Below the pieces are notes generated by a model. It did not search any database, was not told the DNA's origin, and saw only the letters and a program-made list of their open reading frames with translations. Shown here in pieces: positions 10,035-20,066 of a stretch of 64,000 nt of DNA. Source of the DNA: an uncultured Spirochaetaceae bacterium (GTDB taxonomy: Bacteria; Spirochaetota; Spirochaetia; Sphaerochaetales; Sphaerochaetaceae); the NCBI GenBank assembly GCA_944389275.1, contig CALXLT010000039.1, positions 1,493-65,492 on the forward strand, read 5' to 3'. The first letter of the stretch is position 1. Each line of letters opens with the position of its first letter. The translations under genes were made by a program, and so were the position numbers.

Positions 10035-11372
10035 ATGGAAACGCTTGCCCTATCCCTGTTCTCCGCCATGCTCATCATATGCATAGCATGCCGCGTGCCG
10101 ATCACGCTCTCCCTCCTTCTGGGCTTCGTGATATTCGCCATCTATGCATTGAGGAAGGGATATAGGGGAAAGGATGTCGCGATGATGGCTATAAAGGGCA
10201 TGGCGGGAGCGAGTAACATACTCATCGCCTTCCTCCTGATAGGCATGCTGACAGCCTCCTGGAGGAGCGCGGGCACCATCCCTTCTATTGTCTGCTATGC
10301 CTACGGGGCTATGGATCCCTCATGGTTCCTTGTCGCGTCATTCCTGCTCAACTGCCTCATCTCATTCCTCACGGGAACATCATTCGGAAGCGTCGCGACG
10401 ATGGGAGTCATATGCATGACGATGGGAAACGCCCTCGGCATCAGCCCTGTCCTCTCCGGAGGCGCTATACTCTCAGGCGTGTTCTTCGGAGACAGATGCT
10501 CCCCCGTATCGACAAGCGCCCTTCTTGTCGCTGACATCACAGGAACGGATATCTTCCGCAACATAGGAGGCATGATGCGCACGGGGGCCGTGCCATTCAT
10601 GGTCGCACTCGTCATATACGCGGCGCTGAACGTGGCCACGGCTGGAAGAGCGGCGGCAGGAAGCGATCTCACCATGCTCCTTGAAAGGAACTTCCGCATA
10701 GGCCTTGTGCCTCTTGTCCCCGCCGCCCTGATGCTCCTTCTCTCGCTTTTCAAGGTAAGCACGAGACGCACAATGGCAGCAAGCATGGCAGCAGCGCTTG
10801 CAGTAGCTATTCTCTATGAAGGCATCCCAATCTCATCGATCCCTTCCCTTCTCGTGTTCGGCTACAGCTCACCCGACCGGTCGCTTTCCGCGGTGATAAA
10901 CGGCGGTGGCATCATTTCCATGCTCAACGTCGCGGCGATAGTCGCGATCTCCTCTTCCTATGCCGGGATCTTCCAGGGCACGGGGATGCTGGATGGGCTG
11001 AGGCGTCATATCGCGAAGGCAGGGAAGCGTGTTCCGAGCGCTCTGATCATCACGGCAGTATCCACAGCCACGTCGATGATCTCCTGCAACCAGACGCTTG
11101 CGACGATGCTGACGCACCAGCTCTGCTCTGATCTTGTCCCGGATAAGGAGAAGATGGCCATCTCGCTTGAGAACAGCGTCATAGTCATCGCCCCTCTCAT
11201 CCCATGGTCAATCGCGGGAAGCGTCCCCCTTGCCATACTCGGCGCGCCTACCTCATCCCTTCTCGCGGCGTTCTATCTCTTCCTGTTGCCTCTTTGGATG
11301 ATGATCTCAGGCTCTCCTGAGGCCAAGGACAGAAAGGAAGGCCGCGGCCGCTCCGGAGAGCGCGAAGACTGA
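10035..11372 (+). CDS. NhaC-family Na+/H+ antiporter-like membrane protein
   Basis: 445 aa, about 11 TM segments. Overall NhaC-like pattern (GAMDPSWFLVASFLL..., GTSFGSVATMG). Confidence 0.75.
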   Translation: METLALSLFSAMLIICIACRVPITLSLLLGFVIFAIYALRKGYRGKDVAMMAIKGMAGASNILIAFLLIGMLTASWRSAGTIPSIVCYAYGAMDPSWFLVASFLLNCLISFLTGTSFGSVATMGVICMTMGNALGISPVLSGGAILSGVFFGDRCSPVSTSALLVADITGTDIFRNIGGMMRTGAVPFMVALVIYAALNVATAGRAAAGSDLTMLLERNFRIGLVPLVPAALMLLLSLFKVSTRRTMAASMAAALAVAILYEGIPISSIPSLLVFGYSSPDRSLSAVINGGGIISMLNVAAIVAISSSYAGIFQGTGMLDGLRRHIAKAGKRVPSALIITAVSTATSMISCNQTLATMLTHQLCSDLVPDKEKMAISLENSVIVIAPLIPWSIAGSVPLAILGAPTSSLLAAFYLFLLPLWMMISGSPEAKDRKEGRGRSGERED

Positions 11373-12452
11373 GCGGATCGGAATCGCATCCCCAAGCGGG
11401 CCGAAAAGGACCATGCCAAGTGGGAGAGCTGCGGAGGAAGAGGCGGAAAGAAGGGCCATCACGCGGCCAAGCATCCCCTCCTCCGTTCTTTCCTGGACCC
11501 TGGCATTGAGCAGGGCGCCGTATATCGGGGTGGATATACCGATCAAGGCGTTGAGGAGAAGATAGAGCGGAAAGCTATGGACAAGGCCTATAAGGGCAAG
11601 GCATATGCCATAGGCCATCAGCGCTGAAGCATAGCCGCGTCGCTGCCTCATGTTCTCTCCTGCAATCGTGGCGATGACCCCGCCCACAACCATGCCGATG
11701 CTATATGACATCTCCGAGATAGATAGCATCGATGGGGACGCCCCGTATTCCCTCTGCAGCAGAAGCGGCGTCATGAACGCGCCGGGGCTGATAGCAAAGG
11801 ATGAGGCGGCATTGAATACAAGAAGGAAAAGAAGATAGCGATCGCTTTTCGCATACCGCGCCGCGCCTTTCATATCAACACGGCCCTCTCCCCTTATATC
11901 CGGGATGGCCTGCAGGGATAATGCGACCATGGCAGCCAGCGCTGTTGCGATATCCAAGGCAAGAGAGAGCCACAGGCCGCCATCAAGAGGGAAAAGCAGG
12001 CCCGCGGCAGCAGGAGAGAGAAGCATAACGATGGACGAGAGGAATCCCCTCAGCCCATTCGCCATCGCAAGGCGTCCATTAGGGGCGAGAAGCGGCAGCA
12101 CGGCATTGGCGGCCGGCGTCTGCACGCCCTGGCAGAATGACCTTATGGCAAGAAGTGGAAGAAGGACAGAGGCATCTCCTCCAGCGGACAGAAAAGGCAT
12201 AGCGGCAGCCGCGGCAAGGGCCGAGATGCCATCAGAGGCGATGATCGCGGCCTTCTTTGATCTTCTGTCCAGCGTCGGCCCCACGAGGCACGAGGACAGG
12301 ATCTGCGGGACAAAGCCCAGGACAGCGGAGAGAAGAAGCATCGTGCCTGAGCCATATGAATACACGATCGACCATATGATGGCGAACTGCAGGACAGAGG
12401 AGCCAAAGAGCGAGATCGACTGAGGGATAAAGAATAGCAGGAATCTAGCCAT
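11307..12452 (-). CDS. MFS transporter (MFS_3 / enterobactin-exporter-like)
   Basis: MARFLLFFIPQSISLFGSSVLQFAIIW... and about 12 TM segments. 8-nt overlap (ATGGCTAG) with the upstream hydro-lyase beta gene. Converges on and overlaps the NhaC 3' end. Confidence 0.75.
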   Translation of the reverse strand: MARFLLFFIPQSISLFGSSVLQFAIIWSIVYSYGSGTMLLLSAVLGFVPQILSSCLVGPTLDRRSKKAAIIASDGISALAAAAAMPFLSAGGDASVLLPLLAIRSFCQGVQTPAANAVLPLLAPNGRLAMANGLRGFLSSIVMLLSPAAAGLLFPLDGGLWLSLALDIATALAAMVALSLQAIPDIRGEGRVDMKGAARYAKSDRYLLFLLVFNAASSFAISPGAFMTPLLLQREYGASPSMLSISEMSYSIGMVVGGVIATIAGENMRQRRGYASALMAYGICLALIGLVHSFPLYLLLNALIGISTPIYGALLNARVQERTEEGMLGRVMALLSASSSAALPLGMVLFGPLGDAIPIRSVFALSGAAAAFLSVLGLRRA

Positions 12453-12966
12453 TATACAGGCGACCCCTGCTGTCTATCATGCAGAACGCGGGGAAATCCT
12501 CGATCTCAAGGCGAAGGAGTGCCTCCGGCCCAAGCTCCGGGTACGCGATCGTCTCAGCCTTCCTTATGCATGATGAGTAGAGCGCGCCGCATCCGCCATA
12601 AGCCTGGAGGTATAGCCCCTTATACTCCCTTATGGCATCCTGCACGGCCTTGGACCTCGGTCCCTTGCCGACCATCAGCCGGAGCCCTTTTGATATAAGA
12701 AGCGGCGAGAACGGATCCATCCTCATGCTGGTCGTGGGACCTGCTGCCCCTAGAGGGAAGCCAGGAGGCGCGGGAGATGGCCCCATGTAGTATATGCCGT
12801 TGCCGCTGAAATCAAAAGGAAGGGGGCCGCCTTCTGAGATTATAGAGGAAAGCCTCTTATGGACCTGGTCACGCCCCACATACAGCACTCCGGAGAGAAT
12901 GACGCCTTCTCCGCTCTCTATGCTTTCCAGCGCCTCTTCCTCATAAGGAAGGACAAGTCTTCTCAT
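12445..12966 (-). CDS. Fe-S hydro-lyase beta subunit (class I fumarate hydratase / L-tartrate dehydratase C-terminal type)
   Basis: ORF 12445..13014. GVLYVGRDQVHKRL...GPTTSMRMD...YLQAYGGCGALY motifs. ATGA overlap with the alpha gene places the start at 12966. Confidence 0.85.
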   Translation of the reverse strand: MRRLVLPYEEEALESIESGEGVILSGVLYVGRDQVHKRLSSIISEGGPLPFDFSGNGIYYMGPSPAPPGFPLGAAGPTTSMRMDPFSPLLISKGLRLMVGKGPRSKAVQDAIREYKGLYLQAYGGCGALYSSCIRKAETIAYPELGPEALLRLEIEDFPAFCMIDSRGRLYNG

Positions 12967-13784
12967 AGCTCCTCCTCGCTGATGCGTATCGTGCATTTGC
13001 GGTCTGCCCAGCAATTGACCGTGAGCGCGACAGGAAGTCCCGCGATATGGGTCGGGGCGGAAAGGACAGAGACGGCAAGCGCCGTATGATTCCCGCCAAG
13101 GCCCCCAGCGCCGATGCCAAGCTCATTGACAGCGGAAAGGATCCGGGACTCAAGATGATGATTGCCTTCTGATGAGAAGAAAGCCTTCTTCGAAAGGAAG
13201 GCTGCCCTGTCCATCGTTCCGCCGACACCGACTCCAAGGAATACTGGCGGACACGGCTTTCCGCCAGCTTTCTCCATCATATCCACGACAGCGCTTACAA
13301 CCCCATCCTCTCCCGCGGTCGGGTTCAGCATCCTCACCGATGAGCAGTTCTCCGAGCCGAATCCCTTCAGGAGGAAGCTTAAGGCCACGCCATCGCCATC
13401 GACGCATTCATAGCTTATGACAGGAGGGAGGTTTGTCCTCGTGTTCTCCCTGGAGTATATCGGGTCAGATACCACGCTCTTGCGGTAGTACCCCTCCCTT
13501 GCCGCTCTCATGCATGCCGAGGCGATAAGCTCCTCCAGCGCTCCGATGGAGACCTTTGATCCGCGCCCTATTGAGGCGAGGCACCAGAACATCCCCGTGT
13601 CCTGGCATAGCGGAAGCCCTGTGCGCGCCGCGCATCCGATATTCCTCACTATCGCGTCAAGGGCAAGGGCCCCGCCTCTCCCCTCCTCGCTTTCCGCCGC
13701 CTCCAGAATCAGGGTCTCGACATCATCGGGCAGCTTCCTTATCGCCTTGATAAGCGCAGATACGATCCTTTCCTCAGCATCCAT
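12963..13784 (-). CDS. Fe-S hydro-lyase alpha subunit (class I fumarate hydratase / tartrate dehydratase N-terminal type)
   Basis: PLCQDTGMFW (catalytic Fe-S region), GGKPCPPVFLGVGVGGT. Confidence 0.85.
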   Translation of the reverse strand: MDAEERIVSALIKAIRKLPDDVETLILEAAESEEGRGGALALDAIVRNIGCAARTGLPLCQDTGMFWCLASIGRGSKVSIGALEELIASACMRAAREGYYRKSVVSDPIYSRENTRTNLPPVISYECVDGDGVALSFLLKGFGSENCSSVRMLNPTAGEDGVVSAVVDMMEKAGGKPCPPVFLGVGVGGTMDRAAFLSKKAFFSSEGNHHLESRILSAVNELGIGAGGLGGNHTALAVSVLSAPTHIAGLPVALTVNCWADRKCTIRISEEEL

Positions 13785-14754
13785 AAAGGTCTCCTTGCCT
13801 CGTTCCTCTCCTCTCCATTCTTGCCTTCAGATGGGAAAGGAACCTGGACTTGTCGGGAAATGAGCGCGGCGCGATAAGCCGATGCGCCGGCGTCTCGCAG
13901 ACAAGCCTCTGTATGATAGTATCGGGTGAAAGAAGGCGCAGCACAAGCTCCGCGTCCTCCAGATATCGCTCCTCGGATGATGCGGTGACAAGCCCCTCAA
14001 GGTACTCATCAGCCATCCTCGTGCCGCCGGCTATATGGAGGTTGTGTATCTTCACCCCCTCGCTTCCGGCAGCGCCCACGACCTTTGCCGTGCGCTCATA
14101 ATCCTCCCTCCCCTCTCCTGGAAGCCCGATTATGATATGCGTTGAGACATTTATCCCAGCCCTATGGAGGCGCTCTGCGGCATCGATATAAGAAGCGACG
14201 TCATGGCCGCGTCCTATACGTCTGAGCGTCTCATCGCTCCCGCTCTGAAGCCCCAGCTCGACCCAGATGTCCATATCATCGGTGCGGTATGAGGAGAGAA
14301 GCGCGATCACGTCATCGGGAAGCGAATCAGGGCGCGTCGAGACTATGAACTCGGCATAACACCCGGTGGAAAGGGCCCTGCCGTATATGCGCTCGAGGTT
14401 GCCTATGCTGTCGTATGTGTTCGTGAACGACTGGAAATAAAGGGAGAACATCTCGGCGCCATAGCGCCTTATAAGGAACTCCCTGCCCCTCTCGATCTGG
14501 CTCTCTATGGAATCAAGCCGTGGAAGGAGGCGGGATGCGGTGCTGCCATCGTACGCGCTGTCATGATGGAAGCCTGACTCGCTCTGGCGATGGTATACGG
14601 CGACAGCACCGGTTCCATCGCAGAATGAGCAGCCTCCCCTTCCGTCCTTATCCCTGTTCGGGCAGGAGAACCCGCCATCTATGCCGATTCTGTAGACCGG
14701 CGCGTGGAAACGTTCCTCAAGATATGACCTGTAGCTTCTCCAGCGCTCCATCAC
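13774..14754 (-). CDS. Radical SAM protein, TIGR01212 family
   Basis: GGFSCPNRDKDGRGGCSFCDGTG N-terminal cluster, typical of the TIGR01212 family. Confidence 0.85.
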   Translation of the reverse strand: MMERWRSYRSYLEERFHAPVYRIGIDGGFSCPNRDKDGRGGCSFCDGTGAVAVYHRQSESGFHHDSAYDGSTASRLLPRLDSIESQIERGREFLIRRYGAEMFSLYFQSFTNTYDSIGNLERIYGRALSTGCYAEFIVSTRPDSLPDDVIALLSSYRTDDMDIWVELGLQSGSDETLRRIGRGHDVASYIDAAERLHRAGINVSTHIIIGLPGEGREDYERTAKVVGAAGSEGVKIHNLHIAGGTRMADEYLEGLVTASSEERYLEDAELVLRLLSPDTIIQRLVCETPAHRLIAPRSFPDKSRFLSHLKARMERRGTRQGDLYGC

Positions 14755-16934
14755 TCTATGCTTACCATGAACGAGACACGGGGATGCATGGATATGAAGA
14801 GCTCGCCTCCGATGCGCCCGAACGTGGTTATGATGCCTCCTGAGAGATAGCCGCCGAGCTCTATCGAATCGATCTGCGAGAACGGTATGAGCTCACGGCC
14901 ACGCCATACGGAGCCGCTTTCCCTCGCGCCATCCTTGTCCAGCGCCTCGAAGTATATGCCCGCGTCGATATACGTGGAAGCCGGGAGAGGAAGCCTTATG
15001 CCTCCCATAACATACACGTAGTCTGCGGTGATGAGCCCTGTCTTGGTCGCCTTGTAGGCTGCCGCCAGGTCCCAGGGCCTCCTGATCGTCGCGATCTCGC
15101 TCTCGATGATGAACTTGAGGTTATCATTCGGGCCGAACGCGCCATACGCGTCGAAGTCGAAGGAGTATGAGAACGCGTTGGACGGGAAATCCCCTCCTAT
15201 CGTGAGCGCGAGGCTCATCTCAAAGCCATCATCGGATGCCTTCGTTCCCATATACTCATCATAGACAAGGCCTATCCCGCCATAGGGATAGATATCATGG
15301 GAGCGTGAAAGGGCAAGGCTTGAGGTGCTCAGCCCCGATATATACGTATAGTCAGCGCCTCCTATCACATCCAGGCGAAGCGCGTCCCTGTATACATAGG
15401 CAAGCCCGAGCTTGAGGAAGACGCCCGCGTCATTGCCGAAGTTGTAATCCCGCGTGCCGGGTATGGAGAGGTAGGAAAGCTGGCCATACTTCACGCCTAT
15501 GTTCCCATAGAGGAACAGGGACTGCATGAATGGCACCGAGAGCCCTCCCTCGATCATTATGCCCTCATCGACGACGATGCCGTAATCAAGCACAAGGGAA
15601 CGCGTGAGTGCGAGGCTGCCGGAGAGCGTGAACTCCGGATCATAGACGAAGAAGCCCTTGGTGCCGTCAAAGCGTATGCCTAAGCCACCCGCGAGCCCGA
15701 GCGATATGTTTCCGGACATCGATGGATAGGCCTCGGTCTCTACGGATATGATCCCGTCCACCACATCATACGTGACGCTCTTGAGCCCTTCATGGATCCT
15801 GATCTCATCAAGGAAGTCCTCGAACTCAGCTATCGTGGCGTAATCCATCGGACGGCCCTCGAAGGCCTTCAGGTCCTCCCTGTAGCTTCTAGGGATATTC
15901 CCATAGTCCACTGCCTCTATCACAGGGGTCTCGAGCTCGGAATACGGGATGTATTCCATATCATCCTTATAGCGCTCAAGCCTCGCCTCAAGCTCATCGA
16001 ACACGTCCATGTTCTCGGCGACAGCCTCCCTGCCCCGCTCAAGGATCTCCTCGTACTTGTTGAACTCAAGGGCCGAGAACTCGCCCACGTCCGGGATAAT
16101 GACCCAGTCAGCATTCTCATACTGCTCAAGGACATTCGGCCTCGTGAGGTAATCGGTGAAGCCTGTGAACGCCCCTGAGAGCGTCGACATATCAGGGATA
16201 GAGGTCTCATGGACACGGGCCGCGTCAGCAACATCGACCGCGAGGACGATATCCGCGCCCATATCGCGGGCGAGGTCTATCGGGAGATTATCCTCGATGC
16301 CGCCATCGACAACCCAGCTGCCGTCCTGGAGCTGCACGGGAGCGAACACGATAGGGATGGCCATCGACGCACGCAGGGCCTCGAAGAGGGAGCCAGAGCC
16401 GAACACGACCTCCCTGTTGTTCGTTATATCCGAGCCAACGCTCCTGAATGGTATCGAGAGATCATCGAAATCATCTATGGCAAGGACCTTCGAGAGGTGC
16501 CTTCTGAGAAATGCGTTCACATACTGGTCATCCAGGAGCGCGTTGGCAGCGCCGAATCCGCTCGTGCCGAACTCAACGGTAAGGAGATTCGTCTCATAGC
16601 TTGAGAACGCGGAAGGGATTATGTCCCTCGGCCTCACGGCATAGAGATGGATGATGTAGCTCATTATATCGTTCTCGCTGACTATGGTCTCGAGGTCATC
16701 GCCGTCATGGCCTGCGGCGTAAAGCCCGCCGATGAGGGCTCCCGCGCTCGTGCCGATGACAAGATCGGGGACTATGCCGCGCCTGTCGAGCTCCTGGATC
16801 ACCGGGATATGGGCAAGCCCCTTCGCCCCTCCACCTGAGAGGACAAGCGCGAGCTTAGGCTTGAATATCGAGGCAGGGAGCACCGAGGCGGTGATAAGGA
16901 ATACCATAAGGAGAAGATACAGACGCTTTCTCAT
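14751..16934 (-). CDS. Patatin-like phospholipase fused to a C-terminal outer-membrane beta-barrel (PlpD-like, type Vd architecture)
   Basis: Signal peptide. LVLSGGGAKGLAHIPV...GTSAGALIGG (oxyanion G-G-G-x-K/R-G and GxSxG). DGG catalytic Asp region. The C-terminal ~350 aa has alternating beta-strand character. Confidence 0.8.
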   Translation of the reverse strand: MRKRLYLLLMVFLITASVLPASIFKPKLALVLSGGGAKGLAHIPVIQELDRRGIVPDLVIGTSAGALIGGLYAAGHDGDDLETIVSENDIMSYIIHLYAVRPRDIIPSAFSSYETNLLTVEFGTSGFGAANALLDDQYVNAFLRRHLSKVLAIDDFDDLSIPFRSVGSDITNNREVVFGSGSLFEALRASMAIPIVFAPVQLQDGSWVVDGGIEDNLPIDLARDMGADIVLAVDVADAARVHETSIPDMSTLSGAFTGFTDYLTRPNVLEQYENADWVIIPDVGEFSALEFNKYEEILERGREAVAENMDVFDELEARLERYKDDMEYIPYSELETPVIEAVDYGNIPRSYREDLKAFEGRPMDYATIAEFEDFLDEIRIHEGLKSVTYDVVDGIISVETEAYPSMSGNISLGLAGGLGIRFDGTKGFFVYDPEFTLSGSLALTRSLVLDYGIVVDEGIMIEGGLSVPFMQSLFLYGNIGVKYGQLSYLSIPGTRDYNFGNDAGVFLKLGLAYVYRDALRLDVIGGADYTYISGLSTSSLALSRSHDIYPYGGIGLVYDEYMGTKASDDGFEMSLALTIGGDFPSNAFSYSFDFDAYGAFGPNDNLKFIIESEIATIRRPWDLAAAYKATKTGLITADYVYVMGGIRLPLPASTYIDAGIYFEALDKDGARESGSVWRGRELIPFSQIDSIELGGYLSGGIITTFGRIGGELFISMHPRVSFMVSIE

Positions 16935-16938
16935 AAGC

Positions 16939-17865
16939 TTACTCCAATACGCTGCCTAGGATAGCACGATTGCCGTTGACATACGAGAGCGCATCCATCT
17001 CCTTGCGCGCTGGAGGGAGGATTTTCGACGCATATAGATAGCCCTTGCCGGTGGCGATCTTCAGCCCGCGGCCCTTGACCACGCCGACGACGGTTCCGGG
17101 AGCCTCGGCAGCATCCTCGGCCTCATCGAACGCCGATCCCCAAACCCCCGTGATATAAAGCGGTGAGCCGGAGAGCATGCCGTAGGCCTTCGGCCATGGA
17201 TTGCAGGCCCTGATGATCGCGTGGAGCGCGGATGCAGGAAGCGAGAAATCAAGCTTCCCGTCCTCCTTCCCTATGAATCCCGTATAGCTTGGCTCTCCCT
17301 CCTGAGGACAGCGAAGGGATGGATCGAAGGAGCGAAGGAGAGGTATGACAAGCGAAGGGGCCTCCTTCCTCACCCTCTCTTCCAGCGATGCCGTGGTCTC
17401 AGTACCGTCAAGGGGGATTTCCATTGATGCGAAGATATCGCCCTCATCAACGCCTGCGGCTATCTCCTGCACGCTTATGCCAGTGATCCTGTCCATGTCC
17501 CTTATCGCGCTGTAGATAGGCGCGCATCCCCTGTGCTGCGGAAGCAAGGACGGATGGACGTTGAACGTGCTCGAGAAGAGGGAAAGGAACATCGGGCCGA
17601 ATATCTTCCCGTAGCAGAATGACATGAGGGTATCGACATCCATCTCGCGCACCCTCTTCCTCGCCTCGCTCCTGAGCGTCTCAGGCTGGTATACGGGAAT
17701 CCCGAGCTCCTCGGCCTTGACCTTCACAGGCGGCGGCACAAGCCCCTTGCCCCTCTTTCCAGGCGCGTCAGGCGCCGTGAGCACGGCCTTGACCAGCCCT
17801 TCCTTCCAGAGGGCCTCGAGAAGATCGACAGCTATATCGCCAGTGGCGGCGTAAAGTATCCTCAC
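16939..17865 (-). CDS. fmt: Methionyl-tRNA formyltransferase
   Basis: MRILYAATGDIAV..., FNVHPSLLPQHRGCAPI motif. Lies downstream of def. Confidence 0.9.
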   Translation of the reverse strand: MRILYAATGDIAVDLLEALWKEGLVKAVLTAPDAPGKRGKGLVPPPVKVKAEELGIPVYQPETLRSEARKRVREMDVDTLMSFCYGKIFGPMFLSLFSSTFNVHPSLLPQHRGCAPIYSAIRDMDRITGISVQEIAAGVDEGDIFASMEIPLDGTETTASLEERVRKEAPSLVIPLLRSFDPSLRCPQEGEPSYTGFIGKEDGKLDFSLPASALHAIIRACNPWPKAYGMLSGSPLYITGVWGSAFDEAEDAAEAPGTVVGVVKGRGLKIATGKGYLYASKILPPARKEMDALSYVNGNRAILGSVLE

Positions 17866-18377
17866 ACCCGCCTCTTCCTGGCCTTGAGCCTTGACTTGTT
17901 CTTCCTCTCATAGCTCCTGATGGCCGCAGCCTTCTCATCATCTGAGAGATGATCTATGTAGAGGATGCCTGAAAGGTGGTCATTCTCATGCTGTATCACG
18001 CGGGCAAGAAGCCCGTCAGCCTTGAGCGTGAAGGCCTTGCCATCCAGATCCTGGGCCTGGACAGTAACGCGCGAGGGCCTAATCACCTCATGATATACCC
18101 CAGGGATGGACAGGCAGCCCTCCTCGTAAGGGGAGACCTCGATGCTTGTCTCGATTATCTCGGGATTGATGAAGACCATTGGCTTCTCATCCCCGATATG
18201 GACGACGAAGATCTTCTCCTGCACGCCGACCTGAGGGCCAGCCAGCCCTACCCCGTCAGCCTCATCCATCGTATCGATCATCGCATCTGCCAGCATCCTG
18301 AGGGCAGAGTCGAACTTCTTTATCTCACTGCATTTTCCACGGAGAACGTCATCTCCCAGCGTATATATATCCAGCAT
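17862..18377 (-). CDS. def: Peptide deformylase
   Basis: ORF 17862..18398. The three motifs GVGLAGPQVG, EGCLSIPG and HENDHL. Start taken at Met8 (18377). Confidence 0.9.
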   Translation of the reverse strand: MLDIYTLGDDVLRGKCSEIKKFDSALRMLADAMIDTMDEADGVGLAGPQVGVQEKIFVVHIGDEKPMVFINPEIIETSIEVSPYEEGCLSIPGVYHEVIRPSRVTVQAQDLDGKAFTLKADGLLARVIQHENDHLSGILYIDHLSDDEKAAAIRSYERKNKSRLKARKRRV

Positions 18378-18481
18378 ATGGTAACGGTATCCAAACAAAA
18401 CCCAATCGTCAACAAGGACAGGCCCTTACCGTCATGGCGAAAGTTCACTATATTCAGAGTATCAGACCATGGAGGAATAAG

Positions 18482-19627
18482 ATGGCAAACAGGATAATGC
18501 TCAATGAGACAAGCTATCATGGAAGCGGGGCGATCGCGGAGATCGCTTCCGAGATAAAGGCAAGAGGATTCAGGAAGGCGTTCGTATGCTCAGACCCTGA
18601 TCTCGTGAAGTTCGGCGTCACGGCCAAGGTCACGGACATCCTCGAGAAGGCCTCGATCCCCTACACCCTTTATTCGGATATCAAGGCGAACCCGACGATC
18701 GAGAACGTGCAGCATGGCGTCAAGGCCTACACGGAAGCCGGTGCGGACTGCATCGTGGCAATCGGAGGCGGAAGCTCTATGGACACTGCGAAGGCGATCG
18801 GCATCATCGCCACGAACCCGGAGTTCGCAGACGTAAGGAGCCTTGAGGGCACAGCACCAACGAAGAACCCATGCGCGCCGATCATCGCGGTCCCGACCAC
18901 GGCAGGGACAGCTGCTGAGGTAACGATCAACTACGTCATCACAGATGTGGAGAGAAAGCGCAAGTTCGTGTGCGTCGACCCGCATGACATGCCAGTAGTG
19001 GCGGTAGTGGATCCTGACATGATGGCGACGATGCCGAAGGGGCTTACGGCCGCGACAGGCATGGACGCCCTCACGCACGCTATCGAAGGCTATACGACGA
19101 AGGCGGCCTGGGAGATGACTGACATGTTCCATCTCAAGGCTATCGAGATAATCTCCCGTAGCCTCCGTGACTCTGTTGCCGGAAAGCCTGAGGGAAAGAC
19201 GGACATGGCGCTCGGACAGTACATCGCGGGCATGGGATTCTCTAACGTAGGCCTTGGCATCGCCCACTCCATGGCCCACACGCTCGGCGCTGTCTACGAT
19301 ACCCCGCATGGAGTCGCGTGCGCGATGATGCTTCCTATCGTCATGGAGTTCAATGCTGACGCAACAGGAGAGAAGTACAGGGAGATCGCAAGGGCAATGG
19401 GCGTCAAGGGCGTTGATTCCATGAGCCAGGATGAGTACAGGAAGGCCGCTGTCGAGGCTGTGAAGAAGCTCTCCGCTGATGTCGGCATCCCTGCAAAGCT
19501 TGAGGCGATAAAGGAAGAGGACCTGGACTTCCTCGCAAAGAGCGCCGCTGCTGACGCATGCGCGCCAGGAAACCCGAAGGATGCCTCGATCGAGGACTTC
19601 AAGGCCCTGTTCAGGAAGATAATGTAA
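18482..19627 (+). CDS. Iron-containing alcohol dehydrogenase (lactaldehyde/propanediol oxidoreductase-like)
   Basis: ORF 18434..19627. GGGSSMDTAKA, metal-binding His motifs (THAIEGY, AHSMAHTLG). GGAGGA SD before ATG 18482. Confidence 0.9.
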   Translation: MANRIMLNETSYHGSGAIAEIASEIKARGFRKAFVCSDPDLVKFGVTAKVTDILEKASIPYTLYSDIKANPTIENVQHGVKAYTEAGADCIVAIGGGSSMDTAKAIGIIATNPEFADVRSLEGTAPTKNPCAPIIAVPTTAGTAAEVTINYVITDVERKRKFVCVDPHDMPVVAVVDPDMMATMPKGLTAATGMDALTHAIEGYTTKAAWEMTDMFHLKAIEIISRSLRDSVAGKPEGKTDMALGQYIAGMGFSNVGLGIAHSMAHTLGAVYDTPHGVACAMMLPIVMEFNADATGEKYREIARAMGVKGVDSMSQDEYRKAAVEAVKKLSADVGIPAKLEAIKEEDLDFLAKSAAADACAPGNPKDASIEDFKALFRKIM

Positions 19628-19649
19628 TTATAAAGAACAACCAGAAGCT

Positions 19650-19690
19650 AAGATCCTGTTTGCCGGTTTCGATTCCGGCAGCAGGATCTT
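19650..19690. terminator. Stem-loop terminator between convergent adh and the small minus-strand ORF
   Basis: AAGATCCTG(tt)TGCCGG - tttcgatt - CCGGCA(g)CAGGATCTT, about 15 bp of stem, followed by TT on plus. T-rich on the minus side as well. Confidence 0.5.
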
Positions 19691-19697
19691 TTCCATT

Positions 19698-19895
19698 CTA
19701 GATATCAATTCTGACCGTAATAGGCTTCTTTATCGGCTTGCAGTTCCGCAGATGGCCCGTTGAAAGATCCTTTATCTCCGGGATGTCCGAGAAATCAACC
19801 TTCTTTCTAAGCTCCTCTGTCCTCTCAGGAGTGAAATTGCCTGCACAATCTTTCATACCTACCTTGCTTTGGCTTTTCGCACCATTAATGCTCAT
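19698..19895 (-). pseudogene. Truncated DUF4415/BrnA-like antitoxin fragment
   Basis: VDFSDIPEIKDL...KPIKKPITVRIDI resembles the N-terminal half of DUF4415/BrnA proteins. It stops exactly where the RHH-like C-terminal half should begin. Sits in a low-GC intergenic patch with no partner toxin. Confidence 0.35.
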
Positions 19896-20013
19896 CGTAT
19901 ATTATGGCGCAAGCCAAAGATCTTAAGAGAGAAGAAAGCAATCATTCGATTGGCAGATGTTCCCTTTCCCCTTTGGTGAAATATAAACCAACAACAATCA
20001 ATACAGAACACGA

Positions 20014-20045
20014 ATCAGGGGAAATCCTTCCAGATCTCCCCTGAT
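20014..20045 (-). terminator. Rho-independent terminator downstream of ssb-like gene
   Basis: ATCAGGGGA(a)ATC - cttcca - GAT(c)TCCCCTGAT hairpin, followed on the minus strand by a T-rich tract (TTCTGTATTGATTGTTGTTGGTTTATATTT). Confidence 0.5.
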
Positions 20046-20066
20046 CTCCGTCAGCGATAAAAGCCG

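Noticed and set aside
18590-19309. 239-aa minus-strand ORF opposite the alcohol dehydrogenase gene
   Set aside because: It is entirely antisense to a gene with clear Fe-ADH motifs. Its Arg/His/Asp-rich composition is typical of shadow ORFs in GC-rich coding DNA.
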